Shown here: piece by piece, positions 45,986 to 57,328 of the stretch
Position numbering within the stretch: the first letter of the stretch is position 1
Layout of the letters: every line of letters starts with the position of its first letter
Source of the DNA: Pseudomonadota bacterium
GTDB lineage: Bacteria > CALINM01
Assembly (NCBI GenBank): GCA_026415985.1
Contig: JAOAGA010000002.1
Location: 261 to 58,887, forward strand
Direction of reading: 5' to 3'
Length of the DNA stretch: 58,627 nucleotides
Translations under genes and position numbers: made by a program
The notes under the pieces: model-generated
Database searches by the model: none
The model's input: only the letters and a program-made list of their open reading frames with translations
Told to the model about the DNA's origin: nothing

Positions 45986-47689
45986 TTGAAGATAAATAGA
46001 GAGCTTATAAAAGAAAAGATAAACATCGTTGAGTATATATCCCGTTATGTTTCATTAAATAAACGGGGTAAAAATTATGTGGGTCTATGCCCCTTTCATC
46101 AGGAAAAGACACCTTCTTTTACAGTTAGTGAGAATAAACAGATATTTTATTGCTTTGGATGTCATATTGGTGGAGATATATTAGAGTTTTTAAAGAGATA
46201 TCTCAAATTAGATTATCTTCAGATACTTGAAATTCTTGAAAAGGAAACAGGCTTAAAACTCTTTGATAGAGACAAAGAATACGACAAAAAATTAAAGGAA
46301 GCCAGAAAAATAACGGAGATTAATAAAAGAGCAACAGTTTTTTTTATAAATAATTTATATAAAACCAGTGACGGTGCCAAGGCATTAAACTATCTAAAAA
46401 ACAGGAACTTAACAATCGAAACTATAAAAAGATTTTATTTAGGCTACGGTGGGGCTGACTGGGACAGACTATACAGAACTCTTATCTCAGAGAACTTCGA
46501 TAGAAAAGATATAGAAAAAACAGGTTTGATTTCAGTAAGTTCAGGTGGTGTAAGGGATTTTTTCAGAAACAGAGTAATATTTCCTATTGTAAATATTAAA
46601 GGAGAAATCATAGCTTTTGGAGGCAGGTCCCTTGACAGTAGCTTACCTAAATATGTAAATTCCCAGGAAACGATAGTTTTTTCAAAAAGAAATACCCTTT
46701 ATGGAATAAATATTGCAAAGGAAAATTTAGAGAGGTCAAAAAGGGTTTATATAGTTGAAGGCTATATGGATTGCTTAATGATGCATCAGGCAGGTTTTAA
46801 CAATACCGTGGCTACCCTCGGAACCGCCATTACAGAAGAACATATAAAATTTTTAAAGCCTCTTGTTGAAGTGTTTTATCTAATCTACGATGGAGATGTG
46901 GCCGGAAAAAAGGCTGCATTAAGAGGGGTAGAACTTTTTTTGAATCTTGGAATAAATCCTCATATTGTTATTCTTCCTGAGGGAGAAGATCCGGATAGTT
47001 TAATAGCAAAGGGATTGGAAAGTGAGTTGAAGAATGCCATAGACTCCGCTAAAAATGGTATTGACTTTTTGATAAATTTTTATAAAATGTTATATTCTCT
47101 GTCTTCTGTTACGGGACAGAGGGCTTTTATCCTACAGATTAAAAAACATATTGAAAACATTACAAATCCTTTGGAGCGCGCACTTTTGATTAGGTCAGTT
47201 TCGGAACAAACGGGTTTTACTAAGGAAGAGATTTTAGATATCTTTCAAATAAAAGAAAAAAGTGATATAATAAATTTAGAGGTTAATAATACGCCAGAAG
47301 ATACGATAACCGCTATCTTGATAAAAAATCCAGAATATATTACCCAGATAGAAAATGAGATTTTGGCTAATTTCAGCAAAGAACATATCTCTGTTATAGA
47401 TAAGTTTGTTACATCAAAAAAAACCGATGACCTCTCTGATGTTGAAAGTCAGCTTTACTACAGGTTGACAATATTGTCTGATTCCTTTGATGAAAATACC
47501 AATAAAATTTTTTTTGATAACTTAATCTTCCTAAAAAAGAGGCATTATGAAAGGATTAACGAGGAACTGACAAACAAGATTAAAATTGCTGAAAAAAGCG
47601 GAGATTTTACCCGGGTAAAAGAGTTGTTGAGAAAAAAAGATGAGATAAAAAACAAACAAAAGGAATTATTAAAACTAAGGAGTAACTAA
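45986..47689 (+). CDS. dnaG: DNA primase
   Basis: Zinc ribbon [25 protein letters not shown], then RNRVIFPI and a TOPRIM segment ([17 protein letters not shown]). TTG start at 45986, behind GGAGAG. Confidence 0.9.
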   Translation: MKINRELIKEKINIVEYISRYVSLNKRGKNYVGLCPFHQEKTPSFTVSENKQIFYCFGCHIGGDILEFLKRYLKLDYLQILEILEKETGLKLFDRDKEYDKKLKEARKITEINKRATVFFINNLYKTSDGAKALNYLKNRNLTIETIKRFYLGYGGADWDRLYRTLISENFDRKDIEKTGLISVSSGGVRDFFRNRVIFPIVNIKGEIIAFGGRSLDSSLPKYVNSQETIVFSKRNTLYGINIAKENLERSKRVYIVEGYMDCLMMHQAGFNNTVATLGTAITEEHIKFLKPLVEVFYLIYDGDVAGKKAALRGVELFLNLGINPHIVILPEGEDPDSLIAKGLESELKNAIDSAKNGIDFLINFYKMLYSLSSVTGQRAFILQIKKHIENITNPLERALLIRSVSEQTGFTKEEILDIFQIKEKSDIINLEVNNTPEDTITAILIKNPEYITQIENEILANFSKEHISVIDKFVTSKKTDDLSDVESQLYYRLTILSDSFDENTNKIFFDNLIFLKKRHYERINEELTNKIKIAEKSGDFTRVKELLRKKDEIKNKQKELLKLRSN

Positions 47690-47694
47690 AAGAT

Positions 47695-49422
47695 ATGAAA
47701 GGTAAGAAAAATCTAAAAGAAGACGTGATGATTGAAGAAATGATTGCTATGGGCAAGAAGAAAGGATATGTCACATACGATGATATTAACAACAAACTTC
47801 CGGAGGATTTTACCACTGATTACATTGATGAGGTCATAAGTATTTTTGAAGAGGTTGATATCCCTGTAGTGGATAATATAAGCAGTATGCCTGCCCGTAC
47901 CTATTTTGAAGAAGAAGTTGAATTGGAAGAGGGATATGAAGAGTTAGACGAGGAGCTTGCCAAGGGTAGTGACCCTGTCAGGTTGTATCTTAAAGAGATG
48001 GGAAGTGTTAATCTCCTTGACAGAGAGGGTGAGATTGATTTGGCGAAAAAGATTGAAAATGGTGATTTAAAAATTATTAAGGCTTTAATATCCTATACAC
48101 CTGTCTTTGAAGATTTCATTAAATTGGGGAGTCTGATAGAAAAGGGTGAGATTACAATTAAGGATGTAATAGGAGATTATGAGGAAGAGGAAGAAGAGGT
48201 TTACGAAGGGGAAGAAGTTGAGAGAGAGACCAATTACGGACATATAATAGAATATTTTAATACCTTACAGAAAAAATATGCTGAACTGAAGAAGGCAAGG
48301 AAAAGCAACAGTGAGAAGAAGATTAAAAAAATAGAACAGGAGATAATCGAAACAATTCTTGAGATGGATATTAATGAAAAGTTGATAGATACTTATCGCT
48401 TAAGAATGGAAGAAGATTACGAAAACTATTACAAAAAATACAAGGATTCGGCAATATCAAAGTTGAAAAAAGAGTTTAATCTGGATGATGAAAACTCTGA
48501 GATATTATATCAGTGTATCTTTAAGGGTGAACCCTTACCGAAGAAAAAGGTTACCTTACCAAAAGATGGTCTAACCAAAGCCAAAAAGCTTATAGCTACG
48601 GAGATTAAATCCATAAAGGATAATATTAACAAATTAGGAATCTATCCTGAGAATTTTGCAGAGTATTTACAATTATTAAAAGTCGGAGACGAAGAGAAAT
48701 CGAAGGCGAAAAAAAAGCTCATAGAAGCCAATTTAAGGTTAGTTGTAAGTATCGCAAAAAAATATACTAACAGGGGTTTGCAGTTTCTGGATTTAATTCA
48801 GGAAGGCAATATCGGTTTAATGAAGGCGGTAGATAAGTTTGAATATAAAAGAGGATATAAGTTCAGTACCTATGCTACATGGTGGATTAGGCAGGCTATT
48901 ACAAGGGCAATAGCTGATCAGGCAAGAACTATAAGGATACCGGTTCATATGATTGAGACCATAAATAAGTTAATCAGAGAATCCAGGGCATTGGTTCAGG
49001 AGCTTGGCAGAGAACCCACCGCAGAAGAGATAGCAGAACGGACCGAGTTACCTGTTGAGAAAGTCAGAAAAATATTAAAAATAGCCAAAGAACCGATATC
49101 ATTAGAGACACCAATCGGAGAGGAAGAGGATAGTCATTTGGGGGATTTTATTGAAGACAAGAAGAGCTTATCACCGGAAGACTCGGTAATTCAAAGTAAC
49201 CTGACGGAAACCGTAGCAAATGTCCTTGCTACTCTTACTCCCCGTGAAGAGAAGGTTATCAGGCTCAGATTCGGAATCGGGGAGAAATATGATCATACTT
49301 TAGAAGAGGTTGGACAGGAGTTTAAGGTTACCAGAGAAAGGATAAGACAGATAGAGGGTAAGGCACTAAGAAAGTTAAGGCATCCAATCAGAGCAAAGAA
49401 ATTAAAACCTTTTGTCGATTAA
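47695..49422 (+). CDS. rpoD: RNA polymerase primary sigma factor (sigma-70)
   Basis: Regions 1.2 to 4.2 recognisable: [73 protein letters not shown]. Confidence 0.95.
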   Translation: MKGKKNLKEDVMIEEMIAMGKKKGYVTYDDINNKLPEDFTTDYIDEVISIFEEVDIPVVDNISSMPARTYFEEEVELEEGYEELDEELAKGSDPVRLYLKEMGSVNLLDREGEIDLAKKIENGDLKIIKALISYTPVFEDFIKLGSLIEKGEITIKDVIGDYEEEEEEVYEGEEVERETNYGHIIEYFNTLQKKYAELKKARKSNSEKKIKKIEQEIIETILEMDINEKLIDTYRLRMEEDYENYYKKYKDSAISKLKKEFNLDDENSEILYQCIFKGEPLPKKKVTLPKDGLTKAKKLIATEIKSIKDNINKLGIYPENFAEYLQLLKVGDEEKSKAKKKLIEANLRLVVSIAKKYTNRGLQFLDLIQEGNIGLMKAVDKFEYKRGYKFSTYATWWIRQAITRAIADQARTIRIPVHMIETINKLIRESRALVQELGREPTAEEIAERTELPVEKVRKILKIAKEPISLETPIGEEEDSHLGDFIEDKKSLSPEDSVIQSNLTETVANVLATLTPREEKVIRLRFGIGEKYDHTLEEVGQEFKVTRERIRQIEGKALRKLRHPIRAKKLKPFVD

Positions 49423-49449
49423 TTAAATAAAAACTATGCGGGAGGTATT

Positions 49450-50013
49450 ATGGACGTTAAGATCAATTTTTCAAACCTGGAACATAGCGACGCTATCAGG
49501 GAGTATGCAGAAACTAAGATTGCCAAAAAGTTAAAGAAGTATGTAGAAGAGCCCATCAGCCTTCAGATAACTCTTTCTTTAGAAAAACTTTCCCATATTG
49601 TAAAGGTCAACTTAAATGCCAATGGTTTTCTCATCCATGTTGAAGAGAGGGATAATAATATATATTCAGCCATTGACTTGGTTTCTGATATTTTAGAAAG
49701 AAAGCTTAAAAAATATTTTGAAAAGATTAAAGACAAAAAAAACAAGAACAACAAAAATAATAAAAATAAAGGGCTCATGATAAGAGAAGAGGTTTTGAGT
49801 TTGCCGGAAGAGGGTGAGGCTCAGTCTAAGAGAGAAGTTATAAAGGTCAAAAATTATGAGATTAAGCCTATGGATATAGAAGAAGCGGTAATGCAGATGG
49901 ATTTACTAAACAGGGATTTTCTTGTATTTATTAACACAGAGACCGATAAAGTTAATGTAATTTATAAAAGAAGAGATAACAACTACGGTCTCATTGAGGC
50001 TACGAAAAAATGA
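49450..50013 (+). CDS. hpf: Ribosome hibernation promoting factor, long form
   Basis: N-terminal sigma-54-modulation/S30EA domain, a K/N-rich linker, and a C-terminal dimerisation domain (KPMDIEEAVMQMDLLNRDFLVFIN). Confidence 0.85.
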   Translation: MDVKINFSNLEHSDAIREYAETKIAKKLKKYVEEPISLQITLSLEKLSHIVKVNLNANGFLIHVEERDNNIYSAIDLVSDILERKLKKYFEKIKDKKNKNNKNNKNKGLMIREEVLSLPEEGEAQSKREVIKVKNYEIKPMDIEEAVMQMDLLNRDFLVFINTETDKVNVIYKRRDNNYGLIEATKK

Positions 50014-50041
50014 AAATCATGTAATTTCGGATATCAGTTCG

Positions 50042-50887
50042 ATGAAGGTTTTTCTCGTAACAGGCGTTTCTGGTGCAGGTAAAACAATTTTTGTAAAGGC
50101 TCTGGAAGATATCGGCTATTTTTGTGTGGATAATCTACCCGTTCCTTTACTTGATAGTTTTTTTGATCTGTTGAAAAAAGAGAAAAGATATGTCAAGGTA
50201 GCGGTCGTTGTAGATATCAGAGAAAAATTTTATCTCAATAAATCAGATTTGCTTTTAAAAAACATTAAAAAGAAGATACCATCCCTCAAGATAGTTTTTC
50301 TTGATGCCCGGGATGAAGTCTTAATAAGAAGGTTCAATGAAACGAGAAGGAAGCATCCTCTTAACTCCTTTGATATTATTTCAAGCATAGATGAAGAAAG
50401 AAAAATTCTTAGTCTTTTCAAAAAAGAAGCTGATTACATAATTGATACTTCAACAAGTAGCAACTATGATCTCAGGAAAAAGGCTGAGCTTATATCGGAA
50501 GGTCAAATTGAACCTCAGAGAATACAGTTGAAGATAATAAGTTTCGGGTTTAAGTTTGGTATCCCCATTGAGGCAGATAATATTTTTGATGTAAGATTTA
50601 TTCCTAATCCTTATTATGTGCAGGAACTAAAAGATAAGACAGGATTGGATAAAGATGTTATATCTTTTATAGAACAAAAAGGGGTTACCGCTGATTTTTT
50701 AAAAAAGCTAAGAACTCTTTTACCCTTTATGATAAAAAACTATGACAAGGAAGGTAAAAATTTTATATCTTTCGCCTTTGGCTGTACAGGAGGTAAGCAT
50801 AGATCAGTTTATATTGCCAATTATTTTTACGACTACCTGAGACAAAAATACAAAAATATCTCGGTTTTTCATCGGGATTTATCATAA
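50042..50887 (+). CDS. rapZ: RNase adapter protein RapZ (YvcJ family P-loop protein)
   Basis: MKVFLVTGVSGAGKT start (ATG at 50042, where the ORF track begins at TTG 49994), DNLP, and C-terminal CTGGKHRSV. Confidence 0.85.
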   Translation: MKVFLVTGVSGAGKTIFVKALEDIGYFCVDNLPVPLLDSFFDLLKKEKRYVKVAVVVDIREKFYLNKSDLLLKNIKKKIPSLKIVFLDARDEVLIRRFNETRRKHPLNSFDIISSIDEERKILSLFKKEADYIIDTSTSSNYDLRKKAELISEGQIEPQRIQLKIISFGFKFGIPIEADNIFDVRFIPNPYYVQELKDKTGLDKDVISFIEQKGVTADFLKKLRTLLPFMIKNYDKEGKNFISFAFGCTGGKHRSVYIANYFYDYLRQKYKNISVFHRDLS

Positions 50888-50889
50888 TT

Positions 50890-51360
50890 GTGGGAAAATT
50901 AACGATAAATTTTTTTTTGTTTATAAGGAAGTTTATAGTTTTTATTTTGTTTTTTTTACTCACAATTCAGCTAAGCTGTGCTCCTATCCCAGCGGACAAT
51001 AACTCTGTAATAAAACTAAAAAACCGACTGGCTTTTCCCTATGTTTTCCTTGATTTTAATAGTTTTTCTCTTGTCATCTCTGAAATTGACGGCCAAAAAA
51101 CAGCTAAATTTGGCTGGATTGAACTACCTGCAGGTAAACACAATATACTTTTAGAGGTTATGAAGGGTCCGACAGGATATTTGGGAACAGCCCCCTTAAA
51201 AGGAGTTTGTTATTCAGCCATTGAGTTTGAATTTAAGCCCAATACATCTTATTTGATGGAGTTTCATAGAGAAAATAAAGAGGAATTTGTATTTCTGATA
51301 GATAAAACAACAGGAAGGATAGTTCTTAAGTCAGAGTGTATATCTAAAAAAATTTACTAA
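50890..51360 (+). CDS. Small exported or lipid-anchored hypothetical protein
   Basis: GTG start. Hydrophobic N-terminus ending ...TIQLSC, and a beta-rich body. No motif recognised. Confidence 0.4.
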   Translation: MGKLTINFFLFIRKFIVFILFFLLTIQLSCAPIPADNNSVIKLKNRLAFPYVFLDFNSFSLVISEIDGQKTAKFGWIELPAGKHNILLEVMKGPTGYLGTAPLKGVCYSAIEFEFKPNTSYLMEFHRENKEEFVFLIDKTTGRIVLKSECISKKIY

Positions 51361-51395
51361 TACTAAAATTATTTTGCTAATAGTAAAAATTTTAT

Positions 51396-52427
<1,032 letters not shown>

Positions 52428-52432
52428 TCTTT

Positions 52433-53278
52433 ATGAGAAAAATAGGTAGTGATGAGATAACAAAAGCGGTAAAAAATCTGTTCCTGGAAGCGGGTAGAAT
52501 ATTACCCGAAGATGTAACCTGTGCCTTTGTTTCCGCCCTCGATAATGAAATATCTCCTCTTGGCAAGGCAGTTCTTGAACAACTTATTGAAAATAAAGAG
52601 ATTGCAAAAAAAGAAGGTCTTGCCCTATGTCAGGATACAGGCTTTGCTGTTGTTTTTGTAGAGTGGGGTGAAAAGGTTCTCTTTGAAGGTGAGAATCTTT
52701 TTGAGGCTATTAATCAGGGAGTAAGGTTAGCCTATGATGAAGGTTATTACAGGAAATCTATTGTATCGGATCCGCTTTTTGACAGAAAAAATACAGGAGA
52801 CAATACCCCTGCCTTAATTCACTTTGAGATTGTTCCCGGTGAAAAGGTAAAAATTACCGCTGCCCCTAAAGGCGGTGGCAGTGAAAATATGAGTGCCATC
52901 AAGATGCTTAAACCTGCCGATGGTGTTGAGGGCGTTAAGAAATTTGTTCTTGAGACGGTAGAAAAGGCTGGTGGCAATCCATGCCCGCCAGTTATTGTAG
53001 GGGTTGGGATTGGTGGAACCTTTGAAAAATCAGCACTTTTAGCAAAAAAGGCCCTGCTTAGGGAGTTGGGTTCAAAAAACAAAGATGAGAGATATGCCAA
53101 ACTGGAAGAAGAGCTGTTAAAAGAGATAAATAAATTAGGTATCGGGCCTATGGGATTAGGGGGACGTATTACCGCACTGGGGGTACATATTGAGTTTTAT
53201 CCCTGCCATATAGCCAGTTTGCCAGTAGCGGTGAATATTCAGTGCCATAGTGCAAGACATAAGGAAATAATATTATAG
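52433..53278 (+). CDS. Class I (Fe-S) fumarate hydratase, alpha subunit
   Basis: [20 protein letters not shown] and GVGIGGT motifs of the two-subunit FumA/TtdA family. Context is mdh plus frd. Confidence 0.85.
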   Translation: MRKIGSDEITKAVKNLFLEAGRILPEDVTCAFVSALDNEISPLGKAVLEQLIENKEIAKKEGLALCQDTGFAVVFVEWGEKVLFEGENLFEAINQGVRLAYDEGYYRKSIVSDPLFDRKNTGDNTPALIHFEIVPGEKVKITAAPKGGGSENMSAIKMLKPADGVEGVKKFVLETVEKAGGNPCPPVIVGVGIGGTFEKSALLAKKALLRELGSKNKDERYAKLEEELLKEINKLGIGPMGLGGRITALGVHIEFYPCHIASLPVAVNIQCHSARHKEIIL

Positions 53279-53285
53279 AGGTTTT

Positions 53286-53837
53286 ATGGTAAAGAAGATA
53301 ACCACACCATTAACAGAGGAAGTAATTACAGGACTGAAGGCTGGAGATCTGGTTTCTATTACCGGTTATATATATACCGCGAGAGATGCGGCTCATAAAA
53401 GGTTGGTTGAGTTGGTCAGAAATGGTAAAGAACTACCTTTTGATATTACGGGATCGGTAATTTACTACGTAGGACCTACTCCTGCCCCGCCGGGTAAGGT
53501 AATTGGTTCTGCAGGTCCTACCACAAGTTACAGAATGGATAGTTATGCTCCGGTTTTAATAGAGATTGGTTTAAAAGGAATGATTGGCAAAGGAAAGCGT
53601 GCACCGGAAGTTCGCTCTGCTATGATTAAACACAAAGCGGTCTATTTTGCTGCTACGGGCGGTGCTGCTGCGCTGATTTCAAAACATATAAGATCTTCCG
53701 AGCTTATTGCCTATGATGACTTAGGTCCAGAAGCTATTAGAAGGCTTTATGTAGAAGATTTTCCCGCGATAGTGGTTAATGATGTTTATGGCGGGGATTT
53801 ATACGAAGAAGGTGTAAAAAGATACAGGATCGATTAG
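53286..53837 (+). CDS. Class I (Fe-S) fumarate hydratase, beta subunit
   Basis: GYIYTARDAAHKRL, GPTTSYRMD and GKGKR motifs of the FumB/TtdB-type C-terminal subunit. Confidence 0.85.
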   Translation: MVKKITTPLTEEVITGLKAGDLVSITGYIYTARDAAHKRLVELVRNGKELPFDITGSVIYYVGPTPAPPGKVIGSAGPTTSYRMDSYAPVLIEIGLKGMIGKGKRAPEVRSAMIKHKAVYFAATGGAAALISKHIRSSELIAYDDLGPEAIRRLYVEDFPAIVVNDVYGGDLYEEGVKRYRID

Positions 53838-53842
53838 ACATC

Positions 53843-54367
53843 GTGGAGAAAAAAATACAGTTTTATTTAAGAAGACTGCATGGGATAACGGGGATATTTC
53901 CCCTTGGTTATTTTCTTTTTTTTCATTTAAAAGAAGGTGATAGTTTTTCTTCAAGGGGCTTAATCTTTTCTTTAGTTTTTTTATGGATTCCCCTTTTGTT
54001 CCATAGTCTATACGGTCTTTATATAACCTATGAAGGCGGGATGAATCTTTGCTGTTACAGGCACCTGAGAAATATTATGTATTTTCTTCAGAGATGGAGC
54101 GGAATATTTTTGATAATTTTTCTTGGCTATCACATATATTTAATGAAATCAATGACATATAGCAATTTACCTCTTGAGAATTTTTTGCTTTTTTCCATTG
54201 TTGTAGTGTCTATTTTTCATTTTTCTAATGGTATATTTGGATTTTTAGTTGACTACGGAATTACTGTAGGAGAGAAAGCCCAATCAGTCGGTGTTTTAAT
54301 CAGCTTTATTTTTTTTATACTTTTCGGCATTTATGGAGTTATCAAATTTTTTAATTTTGTCGGTTAA
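53843..54367 (+). CDS. sdhC: Succinate:quinone oxidoreductase/fumarate reductase cytochrome b subunit (type B, single anchor)
   Basis: 174 aa with five predicted TM helices and His residues in helices 1, 2, 3 and 4 (FFHL, LFHSLYG, GYHIY, FHFSNG). Sits upstream of sdhAB. GTG start. Confidence 0.65.
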   Translation: MEKKIQFYLRRLHGITGIFPLGYFLFFHLKEGDSFSSRGLIFSLVFLWIPLLFHSLYGLYITYEGGMNLCCYRHLRNIMYFLQRWSGIFLIIFLGYHIYLMKSMTYSNLPLENFLLFSIVVVSIFHFSNGIFGFLVDYGITVGEKAQSVGVLISFIFFILFGIYGVIKFFNFVG

Positions 54368-54375
54368 GGGAGTTT

Positions 54376-56109
54376 ATGTCCTGTGAAATAATTATTATTG
54401 GCGGTGGGTTGGCAGGTCTTTCTGCTACTATCAGCGCCTGTGAAAAAAACTTAAAGGTTAAGCTCTTTTCAGTTCTCCCTGTCAAAAGGTCTCACTCTGT
54501 CTGTGCTCAGGGAGGAATAAACGCATCTGTCAACTCAAAGGGGGAAGGTGACAGCCCCTATATTCATTTTTATGAAACCATTTACGGCGGAGACTTCTTG
54601 GCAAATCAGCCACCTGTTAAGGCAATGTGTGAGAATGCTCCAAACATTATATACCTTCTTGACAGGATGGGGGTTATGTTCAACCGCACACCGGAAGGGT
54701 TTCTTGATTTCAGAAGATTTGGAGGAACCAAATACCACAGAACTGCCTTTGCGGGTGCAACAACAGGACAGCAGATATTATATGCTCTTGACGAGCAGGT
54801 TAGAAGGTTTGAGGCAAATGGGCTTGTAGAAAAATACGAAGGATGGGAGTTCTTAAGGGCGGTTATAGATAATAAAGGAGTATGCAGAGGTATTATAGCG
54901 GGCAATATTAATAATTTAGATATAAATTATTTCCCTGCCGATGCAGTAATAATTGCTACGGGTGGGATAGGAATGATTTTTGGTAAAAGTACAAATTCTT
55001 ATATTTGTAATGGCTCCGCTCAGTCGGTTCTGTATCAGCAGGGTGTTAAGTATGCAAACGGTGAGTTTATACAGGTTCATCCGACTGCCATAGCAGGATT
55101 AGATAAACTGAGGCTTATTTCTGAATCTGTAAGGGGAGAAGGGGGACGTATCTGGACCTATAAAGATGGAAAAAAATGGTATTTCCTTGAAGAAAAGTAC
55201 CCCAGCTATGGAAATCTGGTGCCAAGAGATATAGCAAGCAGAGAGATATTCAAGGTCTGTGTTGAGATGGGGTTGGGTATCGATGGCAAAAATCAGGTTT
55301 ATCTTGATGTAACACATATAGATAGAAAAACCCTCGAGTATAAATTAGGTGGTGTCCTTGAGATTTATCAAAAGTTTACCGGCGAAGATCCCTATTCAAA
55401 GCCTATGAAGGTCTTTCCTGCGGTTCATTATACTATGGGTGGTTTGTGGGTTGACTTTAAACAAATGACTAATATCCCCGGACTTTTCGCTGTGGGAGAG
55501 TGCGAATACCAGTATCACGGTGCCAACAGATTAGGGGCCAACTCTCTTTTATCCTGTATCCACGCAGGTTTATCAGTAGGTGATAATGTTCTGAATTATA
55601 TCAGTTCATTAAGTGAGAGATGTGAGGATATTCCACTAAAAATATTTGAATCAGAAAAATCCTTGGTTGTATCAAAGTTTGAACAGTATAAAAGACTAAA
55701 TGGAGCAGAAAATCCTTATCTTCTTCACCAGGAACTTGGTGAGATAATGACAGAAAATGTAACAGTTGTTAGATATAACGAAAGGGTTTTGGCAACAATT
55801 AATAAGATTAAAGAGATTAGAGAAAGGCTTAATAACGTTAATATCCTTGACTCATCTGACTTTGGTAATCAGACACTCTTTTTTGTTAACCAGCTTTATA
55901 ATATGATTGAGTTAGCCCTTGTTATTGCAAAGGGTGCCTATTTAAGGAATGAAAGCAGAGGCAGTCATTACAAACCAGAATATCCCCATAGAGATGATCA
56001 AAATTTTCTTAAAACAACCATAGCTCTTTACGATAAGGAAGAGCCCGTAATAACCTATGAAGATGTTGATTTATCAATATTAAAACCGGTAGAGAGGAAG
56101 TATCAGTAA
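54376..56109 (+). CDS. sdhA: Succinate dehydrogenase/fumarate reductase flavoprotein subunit
   Basis: FAD-binding IIIGGGLAGL, covalent-FAD His context RSHSVCAQGGINA, HPTA, HYTMGG, GANRLGANSLL. Confidence 0.9.
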   Translation: MSCEIIIIGGGLAGLSATISACEKNLKVKLFSVLPVKRSHSVCAQGGINASVNSKGEGDSPYIHFYETIYGGDFLANQPPVKAMCENAPNIIYLLDRMGVMFNRTPEGFLDFRRFGGTKYHRTAFAGATTGQQILYALDEQVRRFEANGLVEKYEGWEFLRAVIDNKGVCRGIIAGNINNLDINYFPADAVIIATGGIGMIFGKSTNSYICNGSAQSVLYQQGVKYANGEFIQVHPTAIAGLDKLRLISESVRGEGGRIWTYKDGKKWYFLEEKYPSYGNLVPRDIASREIFKVCVEMGLGIDGKNQVYLDVTHIDRKTLEYKLGGVLEIYQKFTGEDPYSKPMKVFPAVHYTMGGLWVDFKQMTNIPGLFAVGECEYQYHGANRLGANSLLSCIHAGLSVGDNVLNYISSLSERCEDIPLKIFESEKSLVVSKFEQYKRLNGAENPYLLHQELGEIMTENVTVVRYNERVLATINKIKEIRERLNNVNILDSSDFGNQTLFFVNQLYNMIELALVIAKGAYLRNESRGSHYKPEYPHRDDQNFLKTTIALYDKEEPVITYEDVDLSILKPVERKYQ

Positions 56110-56849
56110 TGGAAGTTATTGTAACAATTGAAAGAAGGAAAAGTCCTGTTGAAAGCAGTTATATCGAGACTTTTAGGGTAGATTTGCCTGATAGTGCCAA
56201 TGTGATTATGATCTTAATGGAGATCAGAAAAAAGCCAATCAACATAAAGGGAGAAAAGGTTTCACCTGTTGCCTTTGAATGTAGCTGTTTAGAAGAAGTT
56301 TGTGGTGCCTGTACAATGAATATTAACGGCAGGGCAAGGCAGGCTTGCAGTACCCTCCTAAGAGATTTGGGGGGAAAAATTAACTTGGCGCCCTTGAGAA
56401 AATTCCCGGTAATTAGAGATCTGATAGTTGACAGGAGAAAGATTTTTGATGCCCTGAAGAGAGTTAAGGCTTGGATACCTATTGATGGAACCTATGGGAT
56501 GGGTCCAGGGCCTAAGGTGCCGGAAAAGGTGCAAAGAATTGGTTATAAACTGGCCAGATGTATGAGTTGTGGCATTTGTATGGAAGCATGCCCTCAGGTA
56601 AACGACAGGTCAAATTTTATAGGTCCTGCAGTAATAGCCCAGACTTACCTATTTAATTTACATCCAACTGGTGCTATGATAGAAGAGGATAGATTAGAGA
56701 CCCTTTTGGAAGATGGCGGAATAGGTGAGTGCGGAAATGCTCAGAATTGTGTTAAAGTGTGTCCAAAGGGTGTACCTCTAACTTATGCGTTAGGCAAGTT
56801 AAACAGAGATACGTTAATCTATAGTATCAAGAGATTGCTCGATACTTAA
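56109..56849 (+). CDS. sdhB: Succinate dehydrogenase/fumarate reductase iron-sulfur subunit
   Basis: 2Fe-2S CSCLEEVCGAC...C, then CMSCGICMEACP and CGNAQNCVKVCPKG cluster motifs. TAATG overlap with sdhA. Confidence 0.9.
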   Translation: MEVIVTIERRKSPVESSYIETFRVDLPDSANVIMILMEIRKKPINIKGEKVSPVAFECSCLEEVCGACTMNINGRARQACSTLLRDLGGKINLAPLRKFPVIRDLIVDRRKIFDALKRVKAWIPIDGTYGMGPGPKVPEKVQRIGYKLARCMSCGICMEACPQVNDRSNFIGPAVIAQTYLFNLHPTGAMIEEDRLETLLEDGGIGECGNAQNCVKVCPKGVPLTYALGKLNRDTLIYSIKRLLDT

Positions 56850-56859
56850 GGGGGATCAG

Positions 56860-57273
56860 ATGTTGCTCAAACTTTCTAAAGATATAGTTAACAGCGAGTT
56901 ATTCAGATCTGTTTCAGAGATTTCTGCTCAAAAGATAATGAGTTGTTACCAATGCGGTAAGTGTACCGCTGGTTGTCCCCTTGCTGATAAAATGGATTAT
57001 GTTCCCAATGAGATGATGCGGCTTTGTATGTTAGGACAGATAGAGGATCTTCTTGATTCAAAGGCAATCTGGCTATGTACTTCCTGTTTTCAGTGCGGAA
57101 CAAGATGTCCAAAGGGTATAGAAGTTCACAGGGTCTTTGAGGCACTGCGTAGTTTAGCCCTAAGAGAAGGTAAAAATTATACCGATATAGAAGAACTACC
57201 AAAAGAGGTTCTCGATGAGATGCCTCAGCAGGCAATCATCGCAGGATACAGAAAGTTTGAGTCTCTGGAATAA
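56860..57273 (+). CDS. hdrC: Heterodisulfide reductase subunit C-like 2x[4Fe-4S] protein
   Basis: CYQCGKCTAGCP and CTSCFQCGTRCPKGI motifs in 137 aa, directly upstream of a CCG-domain protein. Confidence 0.7.
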   Translation: MLLKLSKDIVNSELFRSVSEISAQKIMSCYQCGKCTAGCPLADKMDYVPNEMMRLCMLGQIEDLLDSKAIWLCTSCFQCGTRCPKGIEVHRVFEALRSLALREGKNYTDIEELPKEVLDEMPQQAIIAGYRKFESLE

Positions 57274-57328
57274 GACTTATAAGCGATGATGGAACTAATG
57301 TTAACAAGAAAATAAAAAGGGGTTTTAG

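Noticed and set aside
49733-49770. A-rich tract encoding KDKKNKNNKNNKNKG in hpf as a slippage-prone or phase-variable repeat
   Set aside because: It sits in the naturally variable linker between the two HPF domains and the frame is intact. There is no evidence of a functional switch.
54535-54905. Three overlapping ORFs (54535-54738 minus, 54548-54829 plus, 54606-54905 minus) inside sdhA
   Set aside because: They lie wholly within the strongly supported flavoprotein gene, where the sdhA frame has clear family motifs. The alternative frames show no motifs.
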